In this document: positions 1 through 8,101 of the stretch, in pieces | How the letters are laid out: the number at the start of each line of letters is the position of its first letter | How positions within the stretch are numbered: the stretch's first letter is position 1 | Virus record (IMG/VR): IMGVR_UViG_3300018080_000025 | Location: 1 to 55,118 of that record | DNA from: a virus | Lineage: Duplodnaviria > Caudoviricetes | Direction: 5' to 3' (one strand) | DNA length: 55,118 nt | The notes under the pieces: model-generated | Told to the model about the DNA's origin: nothing | Seen by the model: only the letters and a program-made list of their open reading frames with translations | The model's database searches: none | Made by a program: the position numbers and the translations under genes

Positions 1-123
1 CGCTGTTCGGAAGTGAAACACATCCCAACAGCGCTGGTTACAAAGCCATCGCGACGGCGCTGGCAACACGAATCCAATCGCTGCAATGAGGTGTTTGTAT
101 GTACCGCTCGGCAGCCCTCATTC
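1..123. repeat. Terminal direct repeat, left copy (circular contig overlap)
   Basis: 1-123 is identical to 54996-55118 and contains the 3' end of the SGNH gene (stop at 87-89). Confidence 0.97.
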
Positions 124-368
124 CTATGTTGTGGTCTCTGATCGCCGCCGAGAGCGCGATTAACGAAGACACGTCGCTGAGTCTGAGTCTTTTCATCGCT
201 GGGGTCGCTTTCACCGGCATGGTCCTCTGGCGGATCGGCAAGGACCGCCAGCAGATGATCGACCGCCTGCAAACTCTGGAGCGCGACATCAAGGACATGA
301 AGGAGCGTTGCGAGCGTCGATACGAATCCCTTTTCAGGTCTCTGAGTGATAAAGGAGCCAAGCAATGA
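99..368 (+). CDS. Small membrane protein (TM helix plus coiled coil), holin-like candidate
   Basis: GAGGTG RBS; hydrophobic segment SLSLSLFIAGVAFTGMVLW then a charged coiled coil; follows the tail genes on the circle. Confidence 0.55.
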   Translation: MYRSAALIPMLWSLIAAESAINEDTSLSLSLFIAGVAFTGMVLWRIGKDRQQMIDRLQTLERDIKDMKERCERRYESLFRSLSDKGAKQ

Positions 369-676
369 AATGGATCATGGCATTGGCCGGGATGCTTGTG
401 TTGGCCGGCTGCGGAAGTCCGCTCTACGAGGCCAGACAGTTTCTCCAGAGCGAAGCGGGCCAGAAGCTCGTGGACAAGATGGAGGTCTCCGGCGAGCTGG
501 AGAACCCCTGCGTCGAGGTATACGGGATCTCGGGATTCGGTATGCGGGCGATCGGCGTGACGACGACGGCCCGGTGGTCGGGGGAAGTGAGCGACGACGA
601 GCGTGGTTTCGGCCCCGCCCTCGCCGATACCCAGCCGGCCAAAGGCGACGATGATGAGCGAGAACCCGGCGGTTGA
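365..676 (+). CDS. Predicted lipoprotein (possible spanin-like lysis component)
   Basis: MKWIMALAGMLVLAGC signal with LAGC lipobox; AAGGAG RBS; ATGA overlap with upstream gene. Confidence 0.65.
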   Translation: MKWIMALAGMLVLAGCGSPLYEARQFLQSEAGQKLVDKMEVSGELENPCVEVYGISGFGMRAIGVTTTARWSGEVSDDERGFGPALADTQPAKGDDDEREPGG

Positions 677-857
677 GACGGTTCGGGAGCACGCGCGCCA
701 CCGATTCGTGCCCGAGGGCTGGACTTTGCTTGACTGGGCACAGGTCCAGTGGACCAGGGCACAAAGCACGCGGATCTCGAATCCCGAACTCGCCGACGCG
801 CTGGAGGAGTACGCCCGATGCCTCGAAGATGTGCGCGATCCAGACGGCGGCGATTGA
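651..857 (+). CDS. Hypothetical protein
   Basis: Short ORF filling the gap between coupled genes. Confidence 0.4.
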   Translation: MMSENPAVETVREHARHRFVPEGWTLLDWAQVQWTRAQSTRISNPELADALEEYARCLEDVRDPDGGD

Positions 858-1285
858 CGGCGTGGCGATTCCTCGGTGCCTTGGCCGCCCTGTTGGGTCT
901 CGGCGGCTGTATCGGCCTGATCCTGGCCGTCGGACCCGGATGCACCGAGGGCGCGGTCCAGCTTGCCGCCGCGGCTCCCGTGATCCCCGCTGAAGCCGTG
1001 AAACTCGAAGTCCAAGCCGGAGCCGTCACCGCCTCCATGCCTGCCATCGAAGTCCCCCCTGAAGTCGTCTCCGTCCGGTTCGAGCCCGGCGCCATCGCCC
1101 TTCAGGTCGATGCGCCGGTCCAGACCGCCGGCATCCCCGAAGCCTCCGCGACCCGGCTCGCCGACTGGATCGGGGCCGGCATCCTCGTCTTCATCGTCGG
1201 TTGGTTCCTGCCCCGGCCGAAAGACCTCCTGGATTGGTGGCGAAGGCGAAATGGGGGCAAGGCCGCCGCTCCAGACGGCCCGTAG
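818..1285 (+). CDS. Membrane protein with N- and C-terminal hydrophobic helices
   Basis: GGAGGAG RBS before ATG 818; TM segments FLGALAALLGLGGCIGLILAV and WIGAGILVFIVGWFL. Confidence 0.6.
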   Translation: MPRRCARSRRRRLTAWRFLGALAALLGLGGCIGLILAVGPGCTEGAVQLAAAAPVIPAEAVKLEVQAGAVTASMPAIEVPPEVVSVRFEPGAIALQVDAPVQTAGIPEASATRLADWIGAGILVFIVGWFLPRPKDLLDWWRRRNGGKAAAPDGP

Positions 1286-1426
1286 ACCCGCCAAAAGGCA
1301 CCTTCGTTCGCGCGCCACGTCCCTGGAGCCGTCCGGACGGCCTCTGGGATGGGCCGAATCGTTCCTGGGTGATTCTGGCGTCCCCTGGGGCCGTATGGGG
1401 TATTCACCCCAAAACGTCGGGGGGGC

Positions 1427-1456
1427 TTGACAGGGGCTTGCGGCGTCGAATATCGT
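1427..1456 (+). promoter_or_regulatory. Sigma70-like promoter
   Basis: TTGACA-18 bp-TATCGT in intergenic DNA. Confidence 0.45.
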
Positions 1457-1556
1457 GCCGGCTATGGCGCCGGGAAAACGGATACATCCTGGAACTAATC
1501 CTCGTCGGGCTCTTTGTCCCGACGCCATTACCCGCCCGGCGAGGCTTGAAAACACC

Positions 1557-1591
1557 GAAGGCCCGAGATCGAAAGGTCCCGGGCCTTCTTT
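1557..1591 (+). terminator. Intrinsic terminator-like hairpin
   Basis: GAAGGCCCG...CGGGCCTTC stem with inner GATC-GAAA-GGTC, followed by TTT. Confidence 0.6.
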
Positions 1592-2078
1592 GTGCGCCAC
1601 GCATTGTGGTGCGCGACATAGCGTCTGCTATGGTTTTGTACCACGTTTCTTACCTGAAAGCAAAAAACGTGGTGGGCCGACTCCTGAAGTACCCAGCCCT
1701 GCGCGGTTGCCGGCGCAGGACATGCACTGGGGGCGCTCGATTTCGGGCGCCTTGGAGCAGGAGCAGTCCGGAGAGGCCCTACAGAACGTGGCACACCCGC
1801 ATGCCTTGACGGCCAATGCCACGAATTTCTGAGACTATCCGGACGGAGCAGGCGCGAACGAGCACGGACCCGACAAGTACAAGGGTCTGCTGTTGATGGG
1901 GTCTTCTCAATCCGCAGAGCCCCCAGATCCATACATGCGGAGTAAAAGAAAAGGTGCGCGAACGTTCGCGCGAGCGCGCGAGCGCTCTTTATTGAGAAGG
2001 GTTTATGATTGCGGATGTTCAGGCGATCGTTCGCGCCCGCCACCCAGAAACCGCCCTTGAGAACCCGGGCTGGACTCG

Positions 2079-2438
2079 TCATTCCCCAATGACTCCATCT
2101 CGCCCGTAATAGACTTGGTTGACAATGGCAGTCATGCAGTTCTGGCAATCGCGTGGGTCCGGAGCAACCCCGCACACTGAAATTGCCTGGCTGAAGGTCT
2201 CCGCCCATGAGTACCCCAGAAGTCGGTTCGCCTCGGCCGCGAGGAGCATCGTCGAGACATCATCTTGGGTCATGTCCAACGGCCTGCAAACCATTCTGAG
2301 ATAGTTGTTTACGACGAGCCGGCGTTCCTGTTCGAGCAGCGGGTCGGAACCCGTTTCGTCCGTCGTACCCGGAAGCGGCGCACAAGTCTGTCCCGAGATT
2401 AGGATGACCAGCAGCGAAAATGGGGCGACCCGTTTCAT
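2079..2438 (-). CDS. Predicted exported protein or lipoprotein (lysogenic conversion or superinfection-exclusion candidate)
   Basis: MKR + hydrophobic core + GQTC; extra Cys residues; same strand as and downstream of the repressor-like gene. Confidence 0.6.
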   Translation of the reverse strand: MKRVAPFSLLVILISGQTCAPLPGTTDETGSDPLLEQERRLVVNNYLRMVCRPLDMTQDDVSTMLLAAEANRLLGYSWAETFSQAISVCGVAPDPRDCQNCMTAIVNQVYYGRDGVIGE

Positions 2439-2612
2439 GGGAATCTCCTTGCCTTTCTTGCCATGATCCCGTCAGATAGCGTAGCGAACGTCACTGTTTT
2501 CAATGGTAGGAGCACGTTGTGAGCCAGTCTGCGGGGCAGGTTGTTTCGGCCCATCCGGTGATTCCGGACGCTACGGCCAAGCGCCAGGCCATCGGCCGGG
2601 TCTGTGCGTATC

Positions 2613-2960
2613 TCAACCGGCAGGACGCCTCGTTTGTCGTCGGCTTCGCCGATGCGCTTCAGCGCCTGCCTTGTGCCGTATCTGAACCTCGTCGCCACCG
2701 ACCTTTTTCCGAGCCTCTGAAAGTCGTTCAAGCTCCTGAAGATCAAACCACGCCTCCGCCTTCATCGCCGCGATCTGATCCCGAATCTCAGCATAGCGGC
2801 GCTCCGTGAACAATTCCCTGGCGTTTGGGCTGAGGATGTAGAAGGCTTCCAGGGCGGCAATAAGGGTGCGATACTGCGTCATGCCTTTCCGCGCGCACCA
2901 CTGCTGAAGCCGCTCCACGTCCTCCTCGGGCAGATCCGATCCAAGTTTCTTTGTCGCCAT
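2613..2960 (-). CDS. Ribbon-helix-helix DNA-binding protein, putative repressor
   Basis: MATKKLGSDLPEEDVERLQQWCARKGMTQYRTLIAALEAF fits an RHH pattern; divergent from a second RHH gene. Confidence 0.55.
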   Translation of the reverse strand: MATKKLGSDLPEEDVERLQQWCARKGMTQYRTLIAALEAFYILSPNARELFTERRYAEIRDQIAAMKAEAWFDLQELERLSEARKKVGGDEVQIRHKAGAEAHRRSRRQTRRPAG

Positions 2961-3065
2961 AAATGCAAACCTAGCATGGACTTCCATTATTGCAACGCAT
3001 GAATCCACAGGTGAACCCGTGTTTTCTGCTTGCACCCTGGGAAAACGTGTGGTATCCTTGCTTCC
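2961..3065. promoter_or_regulatory. Divergent promoter region (lysis/lysogeny switch)
   Basis: Rightward TTGCAC-17-TATCCT (3030-3058) and leftward TTGCAA-16-TAGGTT; each -10 ends 7 nt before an ATG. Confidence 0.55.
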
Positions 3066-3251
3066 ATGAGCGACGAAGCACCGAGAGTGAAGCAGGTCAC
3101 GCTTTCGCCCGAGTCCCACGCAGACCTAGAACGGCTTGCCGTGGAGGACCGGCGAACCCTGCGGGCGGAACTCGAATACCTTATCGACGAAGAAACCGAG
3201 CGCCGGTCCAAGCCCACCGCCGAACCGGCCGTCGAAATCGAATGCTCCTGA
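3066..3251 (+). CDS. Arc/CopG-like ribbon-helix-helix protein (Cro-equivalent)
   Basis: KQVTLSPESHADLERLAVEDRRTLRAELEYLI is a typical RHH pattern. Confidence 0.7.
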   Translation: MSDEAPRVKQVTLSPESHADLERLAVEDRRTLRAELEYLIDEETERRSKPTAEPAVEIECS

Positions 3252-3372
3252 CCCATGGACGATAATCCGTCGCAGGGAGGCGGGACAATGGTTTGGACAC
3301 ACCGAGAAACAACCACCCAGGAACATTTCGCGATTTTCAACCATGGTCGTTGTTTCGGCGGGCGAGGGGTCT

Positions 3373-3630
3373 ATGCGGCGAGGCTGGTCAGACAAGGATG
3401 CGGCCGTCGTGCTGGAGATCCGGCCCTCGAAGGTTTCCCAGTCGCTCGTGCCGGCGATTCGGAAGGTGGCGCGTCTAAGCCGAATCGACCCACTCCGCAC
3501 CCGGCTCATGATCGAAGAGGCCATGGAACAACTCGACCCCATGACAGACGAGGAGCTAGAACTGCTTCGCCGCCTCCAGACTGGCCGGCTGGATCGCGAC
3601 GAGCTTCACCCCAGGCGACGGAAAGCCTGA
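3373..3630 (+). CDS. Putative HTH transcriptional regulator
   Basis: GWSDKDAAVVLEIRPSKVSQ resembles a sigma region-4/HTH motif; GAGGGG RBS. Confidence 0.45.
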   Translation: MRRGWSDKDAAVVLEIRPSKVSQSLVPAIRKVARLSRIDPLRTRLMIEEAMEQLDPMTDEELELLRRLQTGRLDRDELHPRRRKA

Positions 3631-3645
3631 TGCAGGAAGGCAGGG

Positions 3646-4014
3646 ATGCCGGTGCCAGCACAAATTGACCCGATCGACGAGCTGCTAGCCTCCTTCAAGG
3701 ACGACGGGGCCGTCAAAAGGCGGGTCGAGGCGAGCGCCACGGCCCTGGCCGGCATGGACCCGCATCGGAGGCGGCAGATTCGAGCACGCATCGCTGAGAT
3801 GCCTCTTTCGTCGAGGTCGGCCTATCTGCGGGCGGTGGCCAAACAAGCCTCCCCTCGGCTGGCAATCAAGGCACACTGTATGGAGTGTTGCGGGTGGGGG
3901 CGGCGGGCTGTCGCGGAGTGTACCGGCTTCGCCTGCCCGCTCTGGGAGTACCGCCCGTTTCAGAGTTCGGCCGACAGCGAGGGCGACGAGGATGATGCGG
4001 AACACGCTGATTGA
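3646..4014 (+). CDS. Hypothetical phage protein with Cys cluster
   Basis: AIKAHCMECCG...CTGFACPLWEYRP zinc-binding-like motif. Confidence 0.65.
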   Translation: MPVPAQIDPIDELLASFKDDGAVKRRVEASATALAGMDPHRRRQIRARIAEMPLSSRSAYLRAVAKQASPRLAIKAHCMECCGWGRRAVAECTGFACPLWEYRPFQSSADSEGDEDDAEHAD

Positions 4015-4189
4015 CATCTTGCCACCGTCGATTGCCCTGGTCGCCTACCTGTTCGGATTCACGCTCCTGCACGGTGTCAGTGTTGCGATGAATCCTGAGT
4101 TGCAGCGAGTGGACTGGGGCGTGTGGCTGATCGCCGGTCTGCTGGTGATCGTGTTCTGGGGCTGTCTGAGAAGGTCTTGGCATCTCTAA
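3992..4189 (+). CDS. Small two-TM membrane protein
   Basis: Two hydrophobic segments in 65 aa. Confidence 0.55.
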   Translation: MMRNTLIDILPPSIALVAYLFGFTLLHGVSVAMNPELQRVDWGVWLIAGLLVIVFWGCLRRSWHL

Positions 4190-4205
4190 CGATGGAGGAT
4201 GGCTC

Positions 4206-4919
4206 ATGGAACTCTGGCACGGAATGGCTTTGAAACTGCGCTTCACGACGCCCATGTGTGGCGGGCGACCGCGCGACGATGAACTGGTCGAGCGCTGGTG
4301 CGAGCTTCGTAAGCCCAGTGACCCGGCCCATGCCCGGTTGAAAAGCGGGATCGGCCCGGATGGTCGCCGGCCGCGGTCGATGGCTGAGGTGGTCGAGCAG
4401 GTGGCGGCCACGACTGACGTTCTGCCCGACGAGGACCAGGACAGCGAACTGAGGAAAGTATGGGTCGGCTTTTCCAAGGACGACAACGGCCTTTTCGTAC
4501 CTGGCGGAAACCTCCGGGCGCATATCAAGGCGTGCGCGGAAACGCTCGGGCCGATCTTCAAGGCCGGCCATGTGGACGGCATGAAGGCCGTCATGAACTT
4601 CAAGAGCAAGATGACAAAGGTGTGCTACATCCAGGAGGACCGCATCTACCTGCTCAATGGCGATGGCCAACACGTTCAGGAGGCCACGGGCCACCGCGAT
4701 GCGACGATGCAGGTGATGACCGCCCTCGGACCAAGAACGTGCCTGAAGCGCGTGGATTTTGTTAATCCGTGCGCACTGGCGGCTACCGTAATGCTGCTAC
4801 AGGGCGGCGAGATCAACCGCGACCACTTGGTTGCCTGCCTGGAGTACGGCAAGCTCCAGGGTTTCAACCAGGACCGGTCGCTGGGCTTCGGCCGCTACGA
4901 CTACGAGCTGGGCGAATGA
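4206..4919 (+). CDS. Stand-alone RAMP (Cas7/Csm3-like RRM-fold) protein
   Basis: N-terminal strand LRFTTPMCGG, GLFVPGGNLRAHIK (matches the RAMP xIPGSSLKGxxR motif) and C-terminal Gly-rich loop GFNQDRSLGFGRY; GGAGG RBS; no other cas genes in the genome. Confidence 0.8.
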   Translation: MELWHGMALKLRFTTPMCGGRPRDDELVERWCELRKPSDPAHARLKSGIGPDGRRPRSMAEVVEQVAATTDVLPDEDQDSELRKVWVGFSKDDNGLFVPGGNLRAHIKACAETLGPIFKAGHVDGMKAVMNFKSKMTKVCYIQEDRIYLLNGDGQHVQEATGHRDATMQVMTALGPRTCLKRVDFVNPCALAATVMLLQGGEINRDHLVACLEYGKLQGFNQDRSLGFGRYDYELGE

Positions 4920-5071
4920 TCGGCGGATTGGGGTGGAGTGGCATGATCGGCGATGTGGATGGGGGTGCTGAGATGTGATCGGCGTGCTGACTTGTGGTGT
5001 GCTGACTTGTCGTGGTCGGCGACTTGGAATGGGGTGAGTTGGCCGGCGAGTTGGGGTGATATGGCGTGATC
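4917..5071 (+). repeat. 5-nt-periodic array (putative guide RNA locus of the RAMP)
   Basis: 29 pentamers NGNNN (22 begin TG); TGRYCGGCG anchors at 4917, 4944, 4976, 5013, 5040 and a partial TGATCG at 5067; unit lengths 27/32/37/27/27. Confidence 0.85.
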
Positions 5072-5648
5072 GTTCCAATGGTGGAGTGCCACAGATGACA
5101 CCTTGGAGATTGGTGCGAGGTTTGAATGTCCTGTCAACGACACCTACGGCGCACCCCTTCAGCTCTCGGTCGGCGTCGCTTCCGGCCGGGGGCTTGCATC
5201 ATCCTTCTGCGGCGCTTTGTCGCCGGCGAGAGTCGGCGGCAAGGCTTGGCCGGGCGCGCGGATCGGCCGCGCAAGTTGATCCGTGCGTTCCGGCCTCTGT
5301 ATGGGCTAAGCCGTGAGTGCCTGCTGTCCGGGTAGCAGGGCAGCAAAAACCGCGGATGTGATTTCTCCCTTGCTCCCGCGTCGGTGAGACTCCGGCGCGG
5401 GGGAATTGGCGCGGTCTTCCCACACACGCGCGAACTCGCAGCGGATTCGGGAGTGCAGCCCCCATAACCCGGTTGCAATGGGGGCCGTAGCCAGGAGCCA
5501 GCCTAGAGGCGCTGAAGACCGGGATGAAGCTGCGGGGCTGTCGGCGTAGGGCTCATGCGACTGTGATCGCGGCCTGACGATCGTCGGCAGTGAGTAGGAC
5601 CAGCGCCGGGTGATCTGGCAGCCCGGCGCCACTTTTGACAACCGAATT

Positions 5649-5761
5649 GCGACGGTGTGTGCACCGGACGGTGCATGCGGTGCTGCGCTGCCGGCGAGAT
5701 AGGACCGTAAAAGGTGGCCGGCCGGTGGTGGGGACCCGGGTGGGGAATCCGGGACCGTCGC
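5649..5761 (+). ncRNA. Candidate tRNA-like structured RNA
   Basis: GCGACGGT/ACCGTCGC closing stem, GCACC-GGAC-GGTGC 5' hairpin, T-arm-like CCCGGG-TGGGGAA-TCCGGG directly before the 3' strand. Confidence 0.4.
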
Positions 5762-5939
5762 GAGTTTTGTGGTGTGGACGCAAGCACTGATTCTCTCCCC
5801 CTCCCGTGGGCGCGGTGCATTCCAGTCGGTTCAGCCCGCGCCGCGCCCCGGAAAGTGACGCCCGCGGTGGACCGCGGAGCTTGAGCCCGGCGCCGGGCAT
5901 GATGCCGCAAGGCGCCGGGCCGGTTTGGAGCAAGTCGGA

Positions 5940-6809
5940 ATGCCGATCACCCCATGGCAACGCAAAAAGCGAAAGGAATCACTCGGCGGGTCCGACATGG
6001 CGGCATTGTTCGGATGTGATCCCTGGAAGACTGAGTATGACGTGTGGCTGGACAAGACCTTTCGCGTCGAGGACACACCTACTACGAAAGCCATGGAGGA
6101 AGGCAGTCTGTTTGAGCCTGTTGTCCTGGACTACGCCGAACGGCTGCATGGCCCCCTACTGCGGAATCAGCGACGCTCGGCCCCGAACCTCCCACTAGCC
6201 TCGAACATTGACGCCATCGTGCGGTCAGACGGTCTTCCGGTTGAAGCAAAGACCGTGCATTTCCAGTCTCCTGTTTTCGCCGAATATGGCGACGAAGGAA
6301 CCCACCAGGTTCCCGAGCACGTCGCGGTGCAGGCTCATGCCCATATGCTCTGCCTGCGTCTTAAGGTCGAACTCTGCCTGGTTCCGGTGCTGCTGGGTGG
6401 AACGCTGCGAGAGTACACGGTGCTCCTGAATCGCGAGCTGGCCGACATGATCGCCGACAAGGCCGACCGCTGGTGGCATGACCATGTGGTGTTGGATCAG
6501 GCGCCGGATGGAGTGCCCACGCTCGGGGTTATCCGCCGATTGAAACGCATCCAGGGCAAGCTCGCCGACATACCCGCCGAAGTCGTCGCGAAGTGGCAGA
6601 AGGCCAAAGAGGCCCGGAAACAGGCCGAAGAAACTGAGGAGCAATATGAGGCCGAGATGCTGGCCGCGCTCGGGGATGCCACGGTCGGCGACTACGGCGA
6701 CCCTGAGCGGCTGCTGGTGCTCCAGAGCGTTGATATGCCCGAAGGAACAAAGAAGGCCCACACACAAATCCGGAAATACCTGAAGAAGCGAGAAGGAGCC
6801 GAACTATGA
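5940..6809 (+). CDS. YqaJ-like viral recombinase (lambda-exonuclease family)
   Basis: RKESLGGSD, EGSLFEP, ASNIDA, VEAKT and QAHAHM motifs. Confidence 0.9.
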   Translation: MPITPWQRKKRKESLGGSDMAALFGCDPWKTEYDVWLDKTFRVEDTPTTKAMEEGSLFEPVVLDYAERLHGPLLRNQRRSAPNLPLASNIDAIVRSDGLPVEAKTVHFQSPVFAEYGDEGTHQVPEHVAVQAHAHMLCLRLKVELCLVPVLLGGTLREYTVLLNRELADMIADKADRWWHDHVVLDQAPDGVPTLGVIRRLKRIQGKLADIPAEVVAKWQKAKEARKQAEETEEQYEAEMLAALGDATVGDYGDPERLLVLQSVDMPEGTKKAHTQIRKYLKKREGAEL

Positions 6810-8101
6810 GCGACCAGACGGCGTTGGCAAAAAGGGGGCCGGGTGACAGTCCCCTCGTGCAGCGGGCAGAAGGCAGTGCGGGGCAGATCGAAGTTGCGAT
6901 GACGCGGGCTGCGCAGGAAGTCCAGGCAGCGATGGTCATGGCGCGCAGGTTCCCGCGGGATGAACGGGCAGCCTATGCGAGGATCATCAACGCCTGCAAA
7001 CGCAAATCGCTTGCCGAGCAGTCTCAGTATGCCTACCCGCGTGGCAGCTCCAAAGTTGAAGGCCCAACTATCCGGCTCGCCGAAGCGATCGCACAGAATT
7101 GGGGCAACCTGGACTCCGGCATCATCGAACTCGAGCAGCGGAACGGCGAAAGCACGATGATGGCCTACTGCTGGGACTTGGAAACGAACAATCGCCAGAC
7201 GAAGGTCTTTAATGTGCCCCATTTGCGGCGGAAAGGCGATCAGAACGTCAGGCTGCATGACCCCCGCGACATCTACGAAATGATGGCCAATCAGGGTGCC
7301 CGTCGCCTGCGGTCGTGCATCCTGGCCTGCATCCCGGGGGACATCACAGAAGCGGCCATCAATCAGTGCAACAAGACGCTGGCGGAAGGCAGCAAGGAGC
7401 CGTTGGGTGATCGCGTTCGGTCCATGGTCGCGGCCTTCGGTGAGTACAACGTCAAGCCTGGCATGATTGAGGGACGGCTGGGGCATTCACTGGATTCGGT
7501 CAGTGAGACCGAACTGATAGCCCTCCGAAAGATATACACCAGCCTCAAGGACAACATGGCTGGCGTCGGGGACTTTTTTGAGCAATCACGGGATGCGAGC
7601 AAGTCGCCAGCCCAGAACATCGTTGCCAGGGAACGAGGGAAGGGCAAGGCGGGCCAGCTACCCGAAGAATCCAAACAGCCGGAGACTGAAACACCGCAAG
7701 GCGATTTCACACCATTCCCCGAGCCCGAGGACCCGCCTGAGGCTCAACCGGCGACCGGTTCCAAGGCCGAGCCGGAGCCAGAGCCCGAGCCGGAGCCAGC
7801 CGACGAGAGCGTGCCCAACATCTCGTTCGACCAGATCGGCACCGTAGCCGTGGGATCGAAATTCGCCACGATGGCGCAAGTGGACAAGGTTGAAGAGCGG
7901 GCGATGCAGGGCAGCAACAAGGTGTACCACTGGGTCTGGCTCTTCGGCGGGGCGGCCGACAAGATCCGGGCGACCTACTGGGGATCCCTCCCTGGATGGG
8001 TGAAGCGCAACGCGACTGCCGAAATCGTCGCCAAGCGCGACAAGGACTACGGCAAGTCCATGCGCATCACCATCCTCGAATGGAACGAGGTGCAGCAATG
8101 A
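6806..8101 (+). CDS. Putative single-strand annealing (RecT-role) protein with acidic linker and C-terminal domain
   Basis: Coupled to YqaJ; ARRFPRDE...YAYPRG...EGPTIRLAEAIAQNWGN motif typical of phage recombination partners. Confidence 0.65.
   Translation: MSDQTALAKRGPGDSPLVQRAEGSAGQIEVAMTRAAQEVQAAMVMARRFPRDERAAYARIINACKRKSLAEQSQYAYPRGSSKVEGPTIRLAEAIAQNWGNLDSGIIELEQRNGESTMMAYCWDLETNNRQTKVFNVPHLRRKGDQNVRLHDPRDIYEMMANQGARRLRSCILACIPGDITEAAINQCNKTLAEGSKEPLGDRVRSMVAAFGEYNVKPGMIEGRLGHSLDSVSETELIALRKIYTSLKDNMAGVGDFFEQSRDASKSPAQNIVARERGKGKAGQLPEESKQPETETPQGDFTPFPEPEDPPEAQPATGSKAEPEPEPEPEPADESVPNISFDQIGTVAVGSKFATMAQVDKVEERAMQGSNKVYHWVWLFGGAADKIRATYWGSLPGWVKRNATAEIVAKRDKDYGKSMRITILEWNEVQQ

Noticed and set aside
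1-123. Biological terminal repeat of the virion DNA
   Set aside because: It cuts through coding sequence and has the size of an assembler overlap; more likely a circularisation artefact
38-1600. Long antisense ORFs (38-1600, 30086-31483, 49331-51379 and similar)
   Set aside because: Shadow ORFs typical of high-GC DNA, lying opposite well-supported genes with RBS and translational coupling
5022-5039. Array unit 4 (CT-AA-GG-GT) as a gapped guide against the attP arm site CTCAAGGGGGA
   Set aside because: The match is short and imperfect, and is expected by chance in 55 kb
4917-5071. Classical CRISPR array
   Set aside because: The anchors are only 9 nt, the intervening DNA is itself 5-nt periodic, and no adaptation genes are present. 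It is reported as a distinct array type instead.
4769-5316. Short ORFs over the array (4769-4978, 4797-5078, 4901-5143, 5056-5316)
   Set aside because: Low-complexity translations; a 5-nt period is not what codon structure would produce
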